A stretch of 64,000 bases of DNA. Origin: Bispira polyomma. Its lineage: Eukaryota. Under the pieces are notes generated by a model. That model ran no database searches. It worked only from the letters and a program-made list of their open reading frames with translations, and was not told where the DNA came from. The stretch lies in contig OZ287751.1 of the NCBI GenBank assembly GCA_965649765.1, positions 73,346,001 through 73,410,000 on the forward strand. Reading direction: 5' to 3'. Position numbers and translations under genes: made by a program. This document shows positions 35,545 through 48,313 of this stretch, piece by piece (the stretch's first letter is position 1; every line of letters begins with the position of its first letter).

Positions 35545-36719
35545 GTATGAATATGGTTAGGGTATTTTTAGGGCGAAAAATTACCCTGCATAGGTAGTTT
35601 TTAATGGACTGGAGCTTTTAAATCTGTGACTTGTTTACTCCAAACAAAATAGAGTTGCAGTAGTCGCGGCGGCTGCTCACAAGGGTGTTAGCAACAGTTA
35701 TAGCAGTGTCCAGTGATAGTTGGTTTCGGATTCTTTTGATGCCACGGATGTGGTAATATCAGAAGCCAGACGTTGGCAATATGAGTGCCAAACAAAAAGG
35801 CCTAGTCGAAAGTGACACCAAGGTTTTTGGCATTTTCGGAAGGTAGTTTATCTTTTCCCAGAAGGGAAATGGGGAACAATCATTTTAGGAATTCACTGTC
35901 TTTTTTTGTTTCCAATAAGAATGAATTCATTTTTGTTAGGATTTAATTTCAATTTGGAGTAGTTCATCAATGCCTAAAGAGAAGATAGACAGTCTGCGAG
36001 TAGATCAATATTTTTATTTGCATTTTTACAGTTAACAGTTACCAGTTAATTGAAAGGGCTAAAAGATGCAACTATAGGGATACCACGAAAGAGCACATTA
36101 GGAAACAAGTAGTTGATAAATGAAACTCTATTATTATGCAGAGAAAATTTGACAACAGTCAAATAAAAGCAATAAAGTCGCAAAATGAAGCAAACTGTGT
36201 TACCAGAAGTAGGAAGTATATCTAACTTTAACATAAAAATACCCAGCTCAAAGCTCAAATAAGGGGTTATTCCACCTCTAAAGTAAATAAAAGTTGATAC
36301 AGATGTGATGTGGAACAAGTGGTCGTTTTGGTAAGAATGACAACTACACGGCAAGGGGAAAAGAAATAAATTAATGTCACGAGAAAGGACATTTTGTATA
36401 TTGTTGTAAAACACAGGTAAGAGGCACACCTACAACCAAAAGGAACTTTGCACATTATGTAGAATGCCAACAGTATGTTATGTAATTAGGCCCACAGTGG
36501 ACTGAGTGGATGAAATTCTGCAAGACATAAACCAAAGTATACCTTTTTTAAAATGTGACATAAAATGGCCTTTTCATAGAGAGATATCACAACATTTGCT
36601 ACAGAGCAAGACCTATACAGCTACAAGCAGCTTATGTTCGGAATTAGTTTACTGTCAGAGTTTAAACAAAACAAAAAACAATCACAGAAGTACTTCGTGG
36701 TTTGAAAGGCATAAAAAAT

Positions 36720-37120
36720 ATTGCAGATAACATTATAGTGCTTGCACCAAATGTTGCTGACTGTCATGAAACTTAAGAGAGATTAATGGCAAAAGGGATT
36801 ACTGTGAACTCAGAAAAATGTGTCTTTTGTATGACAAAATTGAAGTTTTTAGGACATGTATTGTTAAAACATGGCATTGGTCCAATAGAGGAATATGTAA
36901 ATGCTATCAGGAATACCAGTCCACCTAAACATTTGCCAGTAGGCAGGAGTTTTCTAGGAAATTTTAGTGCCAAGTATTTACCATATCTAGAAACAATCCC
37001 AGGTCCACTGAGAAGGCTAACCAGTGTTTAATTTACATGGTGAATCGAGCAGCAGAAGTTGTTTATTAACTCAGTTACTTGGTCAGTCATAATCACTGGC
37101 ATATTTTAACCAGAAGACAA
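36720..37120 (+). mobile_element. Gypsy RT relic in DCTD intron 2
   Basis: IADNII..GITVNSEKCVF..KFLGHVL..RSFLG..PLRRLT. Confidence 0.8.
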
Positions 37121-37200
37121 AGTTTTGCATAATTTTAGTTTCTTAGTTTATCAATACCATACTTTCCTTTTACAAACTACAGGAATGTTTCATATTTCAG

Positions 37201-37414
37201 TGTGTCATGCAGAGCTCAATGCTGTTTTGAACAAAAACAGTTCTGGCATCAAAAAGTGCACAATCTATGTGACACTATTTCCTTGCAATGAATGTGCTAA
37301 ACTTCTCATCCAGGGAGGTATTAAAGAAATAGTGTATCTTTCTGACAAGCACAGTGGGCGTGACATGACCAACGCCTCTAAGTTGATGCTTAACAAAGCA
37401 GGGATAAAGTTCAA
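37201..37414 (+). CDS. DCTD: dCMP deaminase coding exon 3 (Zn-binding HAE and PCxxC)
   Basis: tttcag|VCHAELNAVLN...TLFPCNECAK...AGIKF AA|gtattt. Confidence 0.95.
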
Positions 37415-37854
37415 GTATTTATGTCAACACTACTTTTTGTACCAGTTTCTAGTGTTGTTTTTAAATTTGATTTGTAAAAGCAGAAAATAATTTTTATTAA
37501 CAAATTTTATCAAAGTTGAGATTTACATATGTGTATTTAGGCGTATTGTGTAATCAATTAAAAGTTATACAAGTAATAAATTTTTCAAACAAACATTGGA
37601 AATGAAAACTAGTTTTAATGAAAAAGTTAATTGGCTAGCAACAATTAAATTCCAGTAAAATATTCAAAAATGAAAATTAAACATATTGCAAAGAATGACA
37701 TTTTTTCTCAAGTTTGACTGTCAACCTTTTGTGTTGAATATTTGAAGTTTATATTTTATGTTATGTTAAGGAATATTTGACAGTTAAATTATAATTTGTG
37801 GTATATAAATTTAATGCCTATTTAATTAATCAAATTTCTGTTATTACTTTACAG

Positions 37855-37909
37855 AGAGTATGCTGCAGAAAGGAAAAAAGTAATACTTACTTACCCTAAG
37901 GACGATTAG
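37855..37909 (+). CDS. DCTD: dCMP deaminase last coding exon
   Basis: tttacag|A then EYAAERKKVILTYPKDD*; phase compatible with exon 3. Confidence 0.8.
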
Positions 37910-38701
37910 TACAATCAACTTGTCTGTACCATGTGTCAGAGAATGTCAAAGAAAGTCATCATCTGTATATTGTCACAAACTAGCAGTACTGATAAGGCAT
38001 GCCTGTTTGTGTTAATGATAATCTAAAACTCAAATAAAATCTCTATTCATGCATATTTGTATAACTATAATATGTCAAAATATTCTTCAGTGAGATTACT
38101 TCCTTCAAAGTACATAGCACAAAATAATTCATAGGGTGAAGTTCATTTTAATAGTGTATTGTGTGTAGCAGTATTACATGTTCTAGTTTGATTTTCTAAT
38201 TTGTAACTGATAACGGATGAAAGTATGATGGCTAGACAGAGTTCCCTTCACATTATGACTATTGTGTGCATAAAAATACTAACTGAATTGCACACTAAAC
38301 TAAACAGCAAATCCTTTCACACAATTCTAATTTGAACTAAGTAAGAATATGTAACACTTTATTGTATGTAGAAATAGGTTTTGTACGATATCCCACAGTA
38401 TTCTTTTATTTTAGCATTACAATTTTTTATTAAATCTACCAACATCTTCGTTATACTTATAATACCTTAATACAAATAATTATTTAAATATGACCTCAGT
38501 TATTTTGAGCAAAAATAAATTTAATGACAAAGTACATTTCAGCATAAACTTTTTCTTTTCTATCTATCCGCAGATGTTCCCTCTTTTCGTACTTTGGTTT
38601 CACAAAGAGGCTTTCTCAAGAATTTTGAATGATTGTACATAATTTGAAAAACATATGTATGAATGCATCGCAACTGGCACAGAGCCTGATTTCAAATTAG
38701 G

Positions 38702-38753
38702 ATTGAGGTTGATAATTGGTTGTTGACGTTGACAACTCAGTATCAACCTCAAT
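38702..38753. repeat. Hairpin/inverted repeat, likely within a non-autonomous DNA element (~38670-38910)
   Basis: attgaggttgata / tatcaacctcaat is a perfect 13-bp pair. Confidence 0.6.
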
Positions 38754-39006
38754 TCCATGTCTAAAAATTTCCATGAAATCATAGTGTCATTACTGACTTA
38801 AAACCCAGGTTGATATTTAGTTGTCGATGTTGAACAATGAAAACAAGACCAGAAACCAACGTCAATTAATCAACAGGTTGAAAATAAGTTATTACATCTA
38901 AAACGTCAACAAAGAGAAAGTATACATCCAGAGAACATGTTTCATGTATGTGGAACATTCTTGTTTTGGTTTATTTAATAAAAAAAAAACTGCCAGTATA
39001 TACAGT

Positions 39007-39156
39007 TGTAATGTTGTAACGGGTTAGGCACTCGGTTATTAGTATGCACCATACCGGAAGTGATTAGACGTTCTGGAACGTATCATCCAAGGTGTTAAAT
39101 AAATAAAGGGATTCTATCTGCAATCATCTGCTGTGTTATTATTAACAAAGAACACA
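39007..39156 (+). repeat. Gypsy 5' LTR
   Basis: 4 differences seen from the 3' LTR. Confidence 0.95.
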
Positions 39157-39260
39157 CTGGCCACGAGGATGGGCACAAAACATTGAATGTTACATATTTG
39201 ACATTAGTTTCAAAGGATAATTAACACAGATAAACATTCATTATAAACTACTCATTTACA

Positions 39261-42200
39261 ATGGCTACAAGCATTCCATCGTCGTGTACCTTCCCATCAT
39301 TTGACTGTAATAGCACTGAAGGAATAAGTGTTAGATGGAGCAAATATAGTGCAAGATATAAAAACATGATGAAGGGTTTCAATGTTATTGAACCGGCACA
39401 ACTCCTTGCAATATTACTACACTACGGTGGTGAAGATCTCTATGATGTGTATGAAGCGATTCCAGATGCGGATAAATCAGATGTCATTGCAGCTGAAGGT
39501 GTAGAAGCTGTGGACGTCTTCAAGAGGAGCACACAAGCATTGACCTCGTTCCTCACTCAAAAGCAGAACACAGAATATCAAAGGTATGAGTTCTGTCAGA
39601 GTAAACAATTACCAAGTGAAAATCTGGATTGAAGTTTGTGACACGGCTACCTGCACTGGCTTCCACCTGTGAATTCCATGATGCAGACTGTGAAATAAAG
39701 TCCTAAGTCATTTCGGGCTGTACTTCCCAGCGACTCCGCAGGAAAGGTCTTAGTGAAAACGAATGAAGATTACTAAAACTAAGTGAAGCAGGCAAAGCAT
39801 ATGAACTATCTTAATTGTTGGCACTTGACATAGAACGAACCACTGAATCAGTCCAGGCACTCAGTGTTCGTCCGAAAATCACAAACACAGACACACGTTC
39901 TGTTACAAATCACAGAGAAAACGGAGAAAGCAGCACCAACACACGATGATGTACGAGTTGCAGCAGTTGTTTTCCTCATCAAGGGGTATGCCCAGCAAAA
40001 GGAAAAACATGCTTCAATTGTCAAATGTTAATCACTTTGCCAATTCCCGAGACTGCCCAGCAAAAGGTAAAGCATGTGGAAATTGCGGTAGGTTAAACCA
40101 CATTGCAAGAAAATGCAGAACAACAAGGTCTTCAAGGGGAGTTACAAGAGGCAGAGGCTCAAGGCCTTCTTACCATCATGAACGAGTGCGAGCAATAGAT
40201 GAAGTACCTTTAAGTGAAAGTGAAAGCGAAAATGACTATGCTTGGTCAGTTGGCCAGACTGATAATTCAAATTCACGACCAATGTTTAATGTTCTTCTGA
40301 ATGAAGCAGAAATCACGATAATGGCAGACTCTGGAGCCACAGTGAATATACCATTTGCAAAAATCAAACCATCCCCGAAATTATTACCTCATAAGAGACG
40401 CATATTGGCTTATGGCAGTAATACTCCACTGAAGATAAAAAGACAATTTGTTGAAAAACTACAATCTTCTAAAGTTGTATGTAAATCTGTAATAGTAGTG
40501 TGTGAAGATTCGGATAAGTCACTGCTGAGCTGGGAGACTTCAAAACAACTCCAGCTAATTGACACTGTGAACACACTGAGTGCAGAATCTCTGAGAATGA
40601 ATAAACTTCTTGAAGAATTCTCTGACATCTTCCATTGGGTTGGAAAGGTCAAGGTCAAACTACATATCGACGATAATGTACGACCCATTGCCCAGCATCA
40701 CAGATGGTCACCCTTCCATGTCAGAGGGGACATTGAAGAACAAATGCTAGCAGATGAGGCAAGCGAAATAATTGAAGATTCAACGGGCCCAACCCCATGG
40801 GTCTGAAATGTCCATGTTGTACCCAAAAGCACCCCGGGGAGCAAACGTGTTGTTGTTGACATGCGTGCTGCAAATACAGCAATAAAAAGGGAACACCATT
40901 GCACACCAACTCTAACTGAAATTACACATGCTCCAAATGGAGCAAAAGTGTTTAGCAAAATAGACCTCCGTCAAAGTTATAACCAAATCGAACTTCATGA
41001 GGAATCACGATATATTACCACATTCTCGAAACACCTAGGAAAAAAAAAGATATCAACAGCTCTTCTTTGGCATAAATAGTACAGCAGAAATCTTCCAGAA
41101 TGAAATCAAAAAGGCGTTAGCTGGATTAAAAGAAGTACTTAATATCATTGACGATATATAATGTTATGGTGATAGTGATACTGACCACTACTCCAACCTG
41201 AGGGGTCTACTAGAACGAATACGCGAGCGAGGCCTGATTTTTAGCATCGGGTGAAGAAGCAAACAAGTCAAAGATTCAATCTATCATAGAAATGCCGCCA
41301 CCATAAAATCAATCTGAGGTGAGAAGCCTGCTTGGAATAGCCAATTATCTGAAATACATGTTAATGAATTGAACAATTTAAAGGCTGAGCTCACCCAAAT
41401 ACCATCTCTTGGCTACTTTGATCCAAACCGTGAGACAGAACTTTATCTGGATGCTAGTGCAGTTGGTATATCTGGTATTCTGATGCAAAAAGACAAAGAT
41501 TCTGATGTTAGACAAAACGTATGCTTCGCGAACAGGGCGCTAACTCAAACAGAGCAGAGGTACTCACAGATCGAGAGAGAGGCCCTATCAGTAGTTTGGG
41601 CTTGTGACCATTTACACATTTACCTTTATGGGCCAGATTTCAAAATATTCACAGACCGTAAACCCCTACTGGCCTTATTAGGAAATGCCAGATCTTCACT
41701 GAGTTCAAGAATTCAAAGTTGGGCACTGAGGCTGCAGCCCTACACCTATACAATTAAATACAAGCCAGGTGATAGAAACCCTGCGGATTACCTCTCAAGA
41801 CATGTCAAAACAACAGATCAGATCAACCACAGCAGCAGGGAACAAAGGCTAGCAGAATCTGTTGTTAACTACATCATGGCCACACCTAAGCCTTTACCTA
41901 TCGAAACAATCAGTAAGGCGACACGTGAGGACCCGTCAATACAAGCTGCAGTGAAAGCCATGCATTCACGAAGATGGCATACCCACTGACTTGAATCTGG
42001 AGTGGATACCAACTTCTACAACAGATTAATGAAACTACAAACAGAGCTATCTTTCAACATTAATGGGGTATTCTTCTAAGAGGCAACCACATTGTTATGC
42101 CAACCTCACTACAAGACAAGGTCATTCAACTAGCCCACATTAGTCACCAGGGTATGGTTAAATCTAAATCACTATTGAGGGAAAAGGTTTGGTTCTGTGG

Positions 42201-42950
42201 AATTGATAAAAGGGTAGAAGAATTAGTGAAAAATTGTTTCTCATACCAGATCTCAACAGAACGACCTCAAAGAGAACCCCTACAAATGTTTCCACTCCCA
42301 AAAGGGCTGTGGGCCGAATTGAGCATGGATTTTGGATATATTTTAGGTGTATACTTATTTGTTGTGATGGATGATTATAGTAGATACCCATTTGTAGAAG
42401 TCATTAACTCAACGTCCGCAAAATCTATTTAACCTAAACTGGATAACATTCTTTCAATGATGGGGATACCACAACAAATGTGGGAAAGGTGGTAGTTCCT
42501 TACTGTGGGCTGCTGGTTTCTCTGCAGAACCTTAAACGACTGTATGCAGTGTTTCCTCCAGCGTTTCCAACTACCCGTCCCAATATAACCTACTAAAAGG
42601 TACTAGAGTGGACGTGAAATATCCAAATTCAAATTCAAATGATCACTGCCGAAAGAGGGATAAAGAAGGTAACTCGAAACTCATCATTCTTCAAAGCATC
42701 TCCACGTCCACCTACTACTAACACTGAGAGTGATCCAGAAAGTGATGATGAACCCAAGTCAAATGAGAGTAATGTTAACCCATGTGCAGCACCTGATCCC
42801 ATGGCTGAATCACCACAAGACCTGAGTTCGACCCACGATAGATTACCACATAGCAGAAGTAAACCTAAAAATCAGCCACGCCCAACAGTCTGTGTTTTTC
42901 CGCAGCGTGACCGAAGACTCCCTGCGAAAAATGTGCAATACAAAATGTAG
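39261..42950 (+). pseudogene. Gypsy gag-pol pseudogene
   Basis: LLHYGG, CCHC knuckles, ADSGATVN, FSKIDL, LDASAVG, YSQIEREAL, NPADYLSR, AHISHQG, DDYSRYP; many stops, frameshifts and deletions. Confidence 0.92.
42479..42640 (+). mobile_element. 5'-truncated SINE inside the Gypsy integrase
   Basis: Core tgtgggaaaggtggtagtt...gtttcctcc..aatataacc..gacgtgaaa with a (caaatt)n tail. Confidence 0.7.
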
Positions 42951-43629
42951 TTGGATACCTTCTCGTTTGTATTGGATATATTACTGTAATTTGTTGATCA
43001 TAATATGCTCAAGGTGTGAGCCTAGCGTACCCTTAAAACGCATCATTATTGGATAGCTGTTGAATCCTGAAGTAAAAGTGATTTTCATCATGTGCCTTGT
43101 AATATACAAAAGGTGTGAGCCTAGGGCCGCCTTAAAATGCTCCATTATTGGATAGCTGTTTGATCCTGGAATAGTTGGGATTCTCATCAGAATAATTTGT
43201 GCTCATACTAATTGACTCGGGTATATGGAGGGGGAACAGCCCGCTCTGTGCCCTTAAAGTATTATTTTAAAAGGACATTATAGTATTACTAGACTTTCAT
43301 GGTATTCATGTGTTGCAGCATTATTATTATTATTATTTTTTCATTTTATCTTAAAAGATATTTCTGGAATATCTTGATTAAAGTATATATGTTTGGAAAG
43401 TGATGGCTTTAAGATCACTGATTATATGTTTATAGACATAATTATGCAATGACTAGATAAGACAAATAATTGGACAGTTATAGCTTCAAGTTCACGGATT
43501 TGTATTTTATTTTGTGTAGAAAGTATTTGATAGCTTGACCTTAAGGAGGGTGTTTAATATTAAGAATAGTTTTTATCTGGGGTTTGAAGGGTGTTATTCA
43601 GAATAGTTTTCAACTGGGGTTTGAAGGGA

Positions 43630-43779
43630 TGTAATGTTGTAACGGGTTAGGCACTCGGTTATTAGTATGCACCATATCGGAAGTGATTAGACGTTCTGGA
43701 ATGTATCATCCAAGGTGTTAAATAAATAAAGGGATTCTATCTGCAATCATCTGCTGTGTTATTATTAACAAACACCACA
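43630..43779 (+). repeat. Gypsy 3' LTR
   Basis: Direct repeat of 39007-39156, followed by ACAGT. Confidence 0.95.
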
Positions 43780-44129
43780 ACAGTTTGTAGACTTTGTTGG
43801 TGAGACATTGAGAAAGTGAGTGGAGCTTAGCTGATTTGTGGAAAGGTTTATGTTGGCCCACCTCAAAATTTGTCCTTGATTCGTCACAGTTTAAAGTGAT
43901 GTCAGTTGCATGATGTATGCTTTTTTATTCTGCAGGTTTGTTTTTTTGGAACGAGTTTATCTTCAGTTAAGGTAAGTAAACTTATTGTTTCTATTGTAAG
44001 TATATTTAAGCATCATATATCAAATTAGTACAATTAAACAACAATTCTAATACAAAAAAATAGTGTATTTAAAAAGTATGCATTTTATTTTCCAGAGAGT
44101 GATAATGGAGGATATAACTTTTCCCAGTT

Positions 44130-44700
44130 GAACAAATAGGCTAACGTTGGCCCACAATGTCTTCCACAAGAGTTTTAGTACAATAGTACAATAATGTGAT
44201 TTTGTAGGTTATTTTTAGCATCACAACATTAATCGTTATAGGTTTCATGAGGGCAAAGGTATTATCTCCAATAATGAATTAGGATGTGTTTCTGTCATCC
44301 CCTGACAGTTGCTATAATAGTTTCCTTCAACTCTGAGTTGTTAAATATTTGAGCATCTGAACAAGAGCCTTTGGTGCCGGAATCTGCTCACAGGAACTTC
44401 TGCATCCACCAATTAAGGCCAATAGTATGATAGAGTGGAAACCCTTGTAATTGTAATAAATGGATCCACCATTTTTTGGACATCTTATTGCTACATGCTT
44501 GCTAGTTATGGTTCCGGAGGGGGGGGTGGGGGGGGGGGGGGGGTGCAAATTCCATCTGGTTGAAAATTTCACTGCTATTTCTTTCCAGGCATCAGATGTT
44601 CTACGGAGGACCATAACCTCTGCAGCGTACTTGTCAAAGATGGCATCACAGCAATGTCTAATAATTTGTGACACAGAGAAATGGCAAAAGTTCCAATATT
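44130..44700 (-). mobile_element. PIF/Harbinger transposase relic
   Basis: WKEIAVKFSTRWN..KHVAIRCPKNGGSIYYNYKGFHSIILLAL; further on FIIGDNTFAL. Confidence 0.88.
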
Positions 44701-46210
44701 GGATAAGTTATTACCCTATATTAGTTCAGTAATTGTGTGTTTCACCATTTTGATGTCTTTATGAGAAAACTATTAATGCAAAGGTTTGTTAAAAATGTAT
44801 CTGATAAGTGCTGAATACCTCTCCACCTCCGAAACTTTACTGTCATTGCTGATGTATATGATGTTCACTGCTAAAGATCCTGATTCAATATGAAAACCGC
44901 TCTAAAAAAACAGCCCCTATATATACTGCTAGGGCAATCCCCTCCAACGCTGATATTTGCCCTGTCCTTGTAGTCACCATCCTCGCCATGTATTTGCCAA
45001 CATCTCTGTATATTCTTCATTTCTCGGCCCCTAATCACCAATCGTATTTAACTTGCGTGCACTGGTGATGGTTTGGCAATGCATTCTTCCTAGATCTCAA
45101 TTAAAGTGTACTGCAGTCGCCAAAACTATAAAATATTTTCAAAAATAACGGATTCAAAACCCGAGTGACGAATCTCAATTTGACAACATTCACCTACTTA
45201 TTCGCCCTCTCCACAGTTGAACCTGGGCATAATATGTACATATTTGTGTGTATGTTCCTTTGCCCAGAGAGTTTTCGCCTACCCATAAGAAAAAAACAAA
45301 ACCAACAGTAACAATAGTCAAAGTTTAACTTTCAGTATCTCAATACTTTAAGATATTTTAATTCAGTAAACACTTTCTGAAACTACAACATATAGCCTTT
45401 ACTTATAAATATTTTGGGTATTTTCATAAGGCGGTTAAGAATTAATTCTTTGCTTTTAAATATGTGCATGGAGACTTACTTTTTAAGTTAAGAAAATAAT
45501 AGGAAAATGGATATTTTGGAGTGGGAAACTTTGTTCTTTACATAGGTTCCGTTTCCTTACAAACCGATTAGCATGAAATTTGGTGAAGGGATGAATACGG
45601 AACAAGGGCTAATCCGGTAAGAAGGGTAATTCCAGAACTGACTATGTTTTGATGTATGTACACTTCTGGTTTTGACAAGTTCTAAATAATGGTAAAACTT
45701 AGTGAACCACAGACACATCCTCATTGTTACACAAGATTAGGTGATTCCTTTCATTGTATTTTTATGCATTCTCAGAGCAGTGAAACTATTTATTTCTTTG
45801 TCTGGATTACATATTAAGTATGTGACAAACCCAAATATGTGTTCTTAGATGATAATTGGTGGCACCCATACTCTGGAATAGTCTATCCAATGAAATATAA
45901 TGCCCTGTAGAAGAATATTAAAAAAAAAACTACGTAGCATTGTTGGGTTATGTGTACAACCTCTGGCGAATACTAATTCACCTTCTTGATGACAACCTGG
46001 CTCATGAATTAGGACCATGCACTTTGATTGGGTGCATTAAAATATATACATTAACAGTACCCATAACATACACTGTTGTTACTTCAGATAAAACACTAGT
46101 ATTTGACATCAGAAATGCCTTTAATGAGTACTACATAAATATATTATAAAGTGTAAAGATATATATGCTACAATGTTCAATAACATGCATTGCTCGCTTC
46201 TTCTTTTAAT

Positions 46211-46404
46211 TTAGTTTCGGTGGTATACATCCACACACGACTTCTTGAACCAGTTGTAGTGGAATGTTCCAGAGCCCCCGATCTCTGCCTGGTGGTCTTT
46301 CACTGTGTAGAGGGTACACAACCCAGTACCTGTGTGCCTCATTGAAGTACATGCGGTGTCAACCTGACACTTTCTGCTGCATGTAAACTGATTCACTGCT
46401 ACAT
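46211..46404 (-). CDS. Same gene, last coding exon (PAN/apple-like Cys pattern)
   Basis: ttttcag|(D)VAVNQFTCSRKCQVDTACTSMRHTGTGLCTLY...*; total CDS 744 nt / 247 aa. Confidence 0.72.
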
Positions 46405-47170
46405 CTGAAAACAAACAATAAAATTTCTCATTCCAGAAAAAGAAACTCCACAAAATGGCTTCATCTGTTACATTCTTAAAATGCTCGTTTAATGTTCTGC
46501 AAATTATCTATTACAATAATACATAGTTAATATTTTTTAAGGGGTTGCAGCCGTTTTAAGTCACTATTTTTGGTATTGACAACTCTGCTGTCACTATCTT
46601 AACTTAGACTCTTTATTTACAAATATAAGCATTTGCCTTCAGAAAAAAAATCTCCATTTTATTCTTCTGCTCCTGTCCCACGTTACAACAACGTTATACT
46701 GATGTCATAATGACGTCATAAAACGGCGAACATGACGTAATGATGACTCTCCTGACGTATCTTTGCACGTGCTTGCCTCCAAACGCCGCTTGTTTTAAGA
46801 TGCAGGTAAACATATTTGTAGGTAAACATAGTTTTTAGATGTACAATTTGTATATATATTTTGATAAATAGATATGCAATAAAAGATACAGTTTAGTACA
46901 CACGTTACAAATTAAACTTGTCTAACTTTTTGGAGCTTTCTTAATGTAAGCAAAAATTCTATATTTATGAGTCACCAACAGGAGTTTTAGTGGATGAAGA
47001 AAGTTTATCAAGTGAAAGTGAAGGAGAGCCTCGGAGATCAGACAGTGCCGCCAATGTTGTTCTTTAAACTGTGGCCAGGCTCCTCTTTTCCTTCTTAGTC
47101 ACTTTAAAAGAAAACAGTGGGATATAAGCTCCCAGGGCAAGTCCAATTTTAGTGAATCCTGCCTTCCATG

Positions 47171-47371
47171 TTACTTGCGTACTTCTTTGTCTTTATCAAA
47201 ACACCACCCTTCAAAATGGTCTTCACACACACGGTGGTTGTGAGTGGCGTTGCAGTTCTTCCTGCTCGAACTCTCTTTTCCACCTTTTTTCAATACATTT
47301 TCAGTTGGAAAACGAAACAGGGCCTTACCATGCCTGTTTTGACAGTTTAATGCAGCACAATGAGGCATATT
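47171..47371 (-). pseudogene. THAP zinc-finger relic of a DNA transposon in intron 2
   Basis: MPHCAALNCQN..LFRFP..RVCEDHFE (C2CH THAP); short, with the conserved W region lost. Confidence 0.75.
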
Positions 47372-47856
47372 AACACCACAAAAAAAAACTTTTAAAAAGT
47401 GAAACAATAAACGCGGGACAGCACAAATGAATACAATATGGCTGATTGTTTACATTTGTTTGGCTCCACTGACACATCGAATTACGGAGTTTGACGAAGA
47501 CAAAATTATGGTGGCACTTGTAGAAAACCACAAAAATAAGGAAGTAAATATTGTAAATACAACATATTGGATATATGTATATCTTTGGTTACATAAAGTA
47601 TATGTTTATGTTTGGTTACGTAAAGATGACACACACTTTACAAACTTTCCCATTTTTGATTCCACTGTCCTATGGGACGCTTAAAGGTCAATATCTATGA
47701 CAGATTCAGCTTAAATATATTCACACATATGTAAAATGTACATATATGCTAAATTTGAATCTATATAACCTCACACACAATGTTCTTTTTTTTTTTAAAA
47801 ATATAAATAAAGTTGAGGTTCAGTATTTTATTTTTGTTTTTCTGGCAAAGTATTAC

Positions 47857-48045
47857 CTTGGACATCCACTTGTACTTTAGATGGCCCCTCATCTGGTGTA
47901 GCAAACATGGCGGCCACATACTGACAATTAGGTCTGGCCACCAGTGCAATAGACGTATTTGTTTGGTTCAGAGAACTGTCCGGGATTCCCAGTTCCCGCA
48001 GGACCTCTTTGCCACTTTCAAGTAACCCGCTGTCATAGGCGTCAG
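47857..48045 (-). CDS. Same gene, coding exon 2 (ILEI C-half)
   Basis: caacag|(A)DAYDSGLLESGKEVLRELGI..SIALVA..GPSKVQVDVQ G|gtaat; open 189 nt, phase 1/1; absent from the ORF track. Confidence 0.8.
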
Positions 48046-48313
48046 CTGTTGTTTAAGACATCAACAATAATAGTATTATTAGCTAGTTCAAAGTTCAGAT
48101 GAGAAAGGTTCTACTGTTTCCTTATTTTTTGTAAAAGTTGCAAATATCCACAGAAACTTTAAATAACTACATCATACCACACAGAAAAAGTCACAGTAAC
48201 AAACACAATGAATTTATACAACAACTATACACAGAGTAACACAGAAAGAAGTAAAGAACCATACAGACTTCTAAAATGAGCCTTCCATTGTTTAGTTTAT
48301 TTTCCTCGCTTAC

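Larger units (their letters stand above)
27380..37909 (+). pseudogene. DCTD: dCMP deaminase gene (175 aa when reconstructed); this allele is disrupted in coding exon 1 by a Ngaro insertion
   Basis: Exons 27380-27473 + 34594-34628, 35415-35544, 37201-37414, 37855-37909 join in frame with GT-AG introns; motifs WEQYFMGVALLSAKRSKDP, GYNG, CHAELNA, PCNEC; AATAAA near 38033. Confidence 0.93.
39007..43779 (+). mobile_element. Gypsy (Mag-like) LTR retrotransposon, internally decayed
   Basis: 150-bp LTRs TG..CA, 5-bp TSD ACAGT, PBS tggccacgagga at 39158, PPT gaaggga; gag, PR (ADSGA), RT, RH and IN relics. Confidence 0.95.

Noticed and set aside
27380-37414. Deaminase captured by the retroelement as an RT-deaminase mutagenesis system
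   Set aside because: The exons lie outside the element termini on the opposite strand and the insertion truncates the gene
44519-44543. Poly-proline in the Harbinger ORF / G-quadruplex
   Set aside because: Simple G-run expansion in a dead transposase
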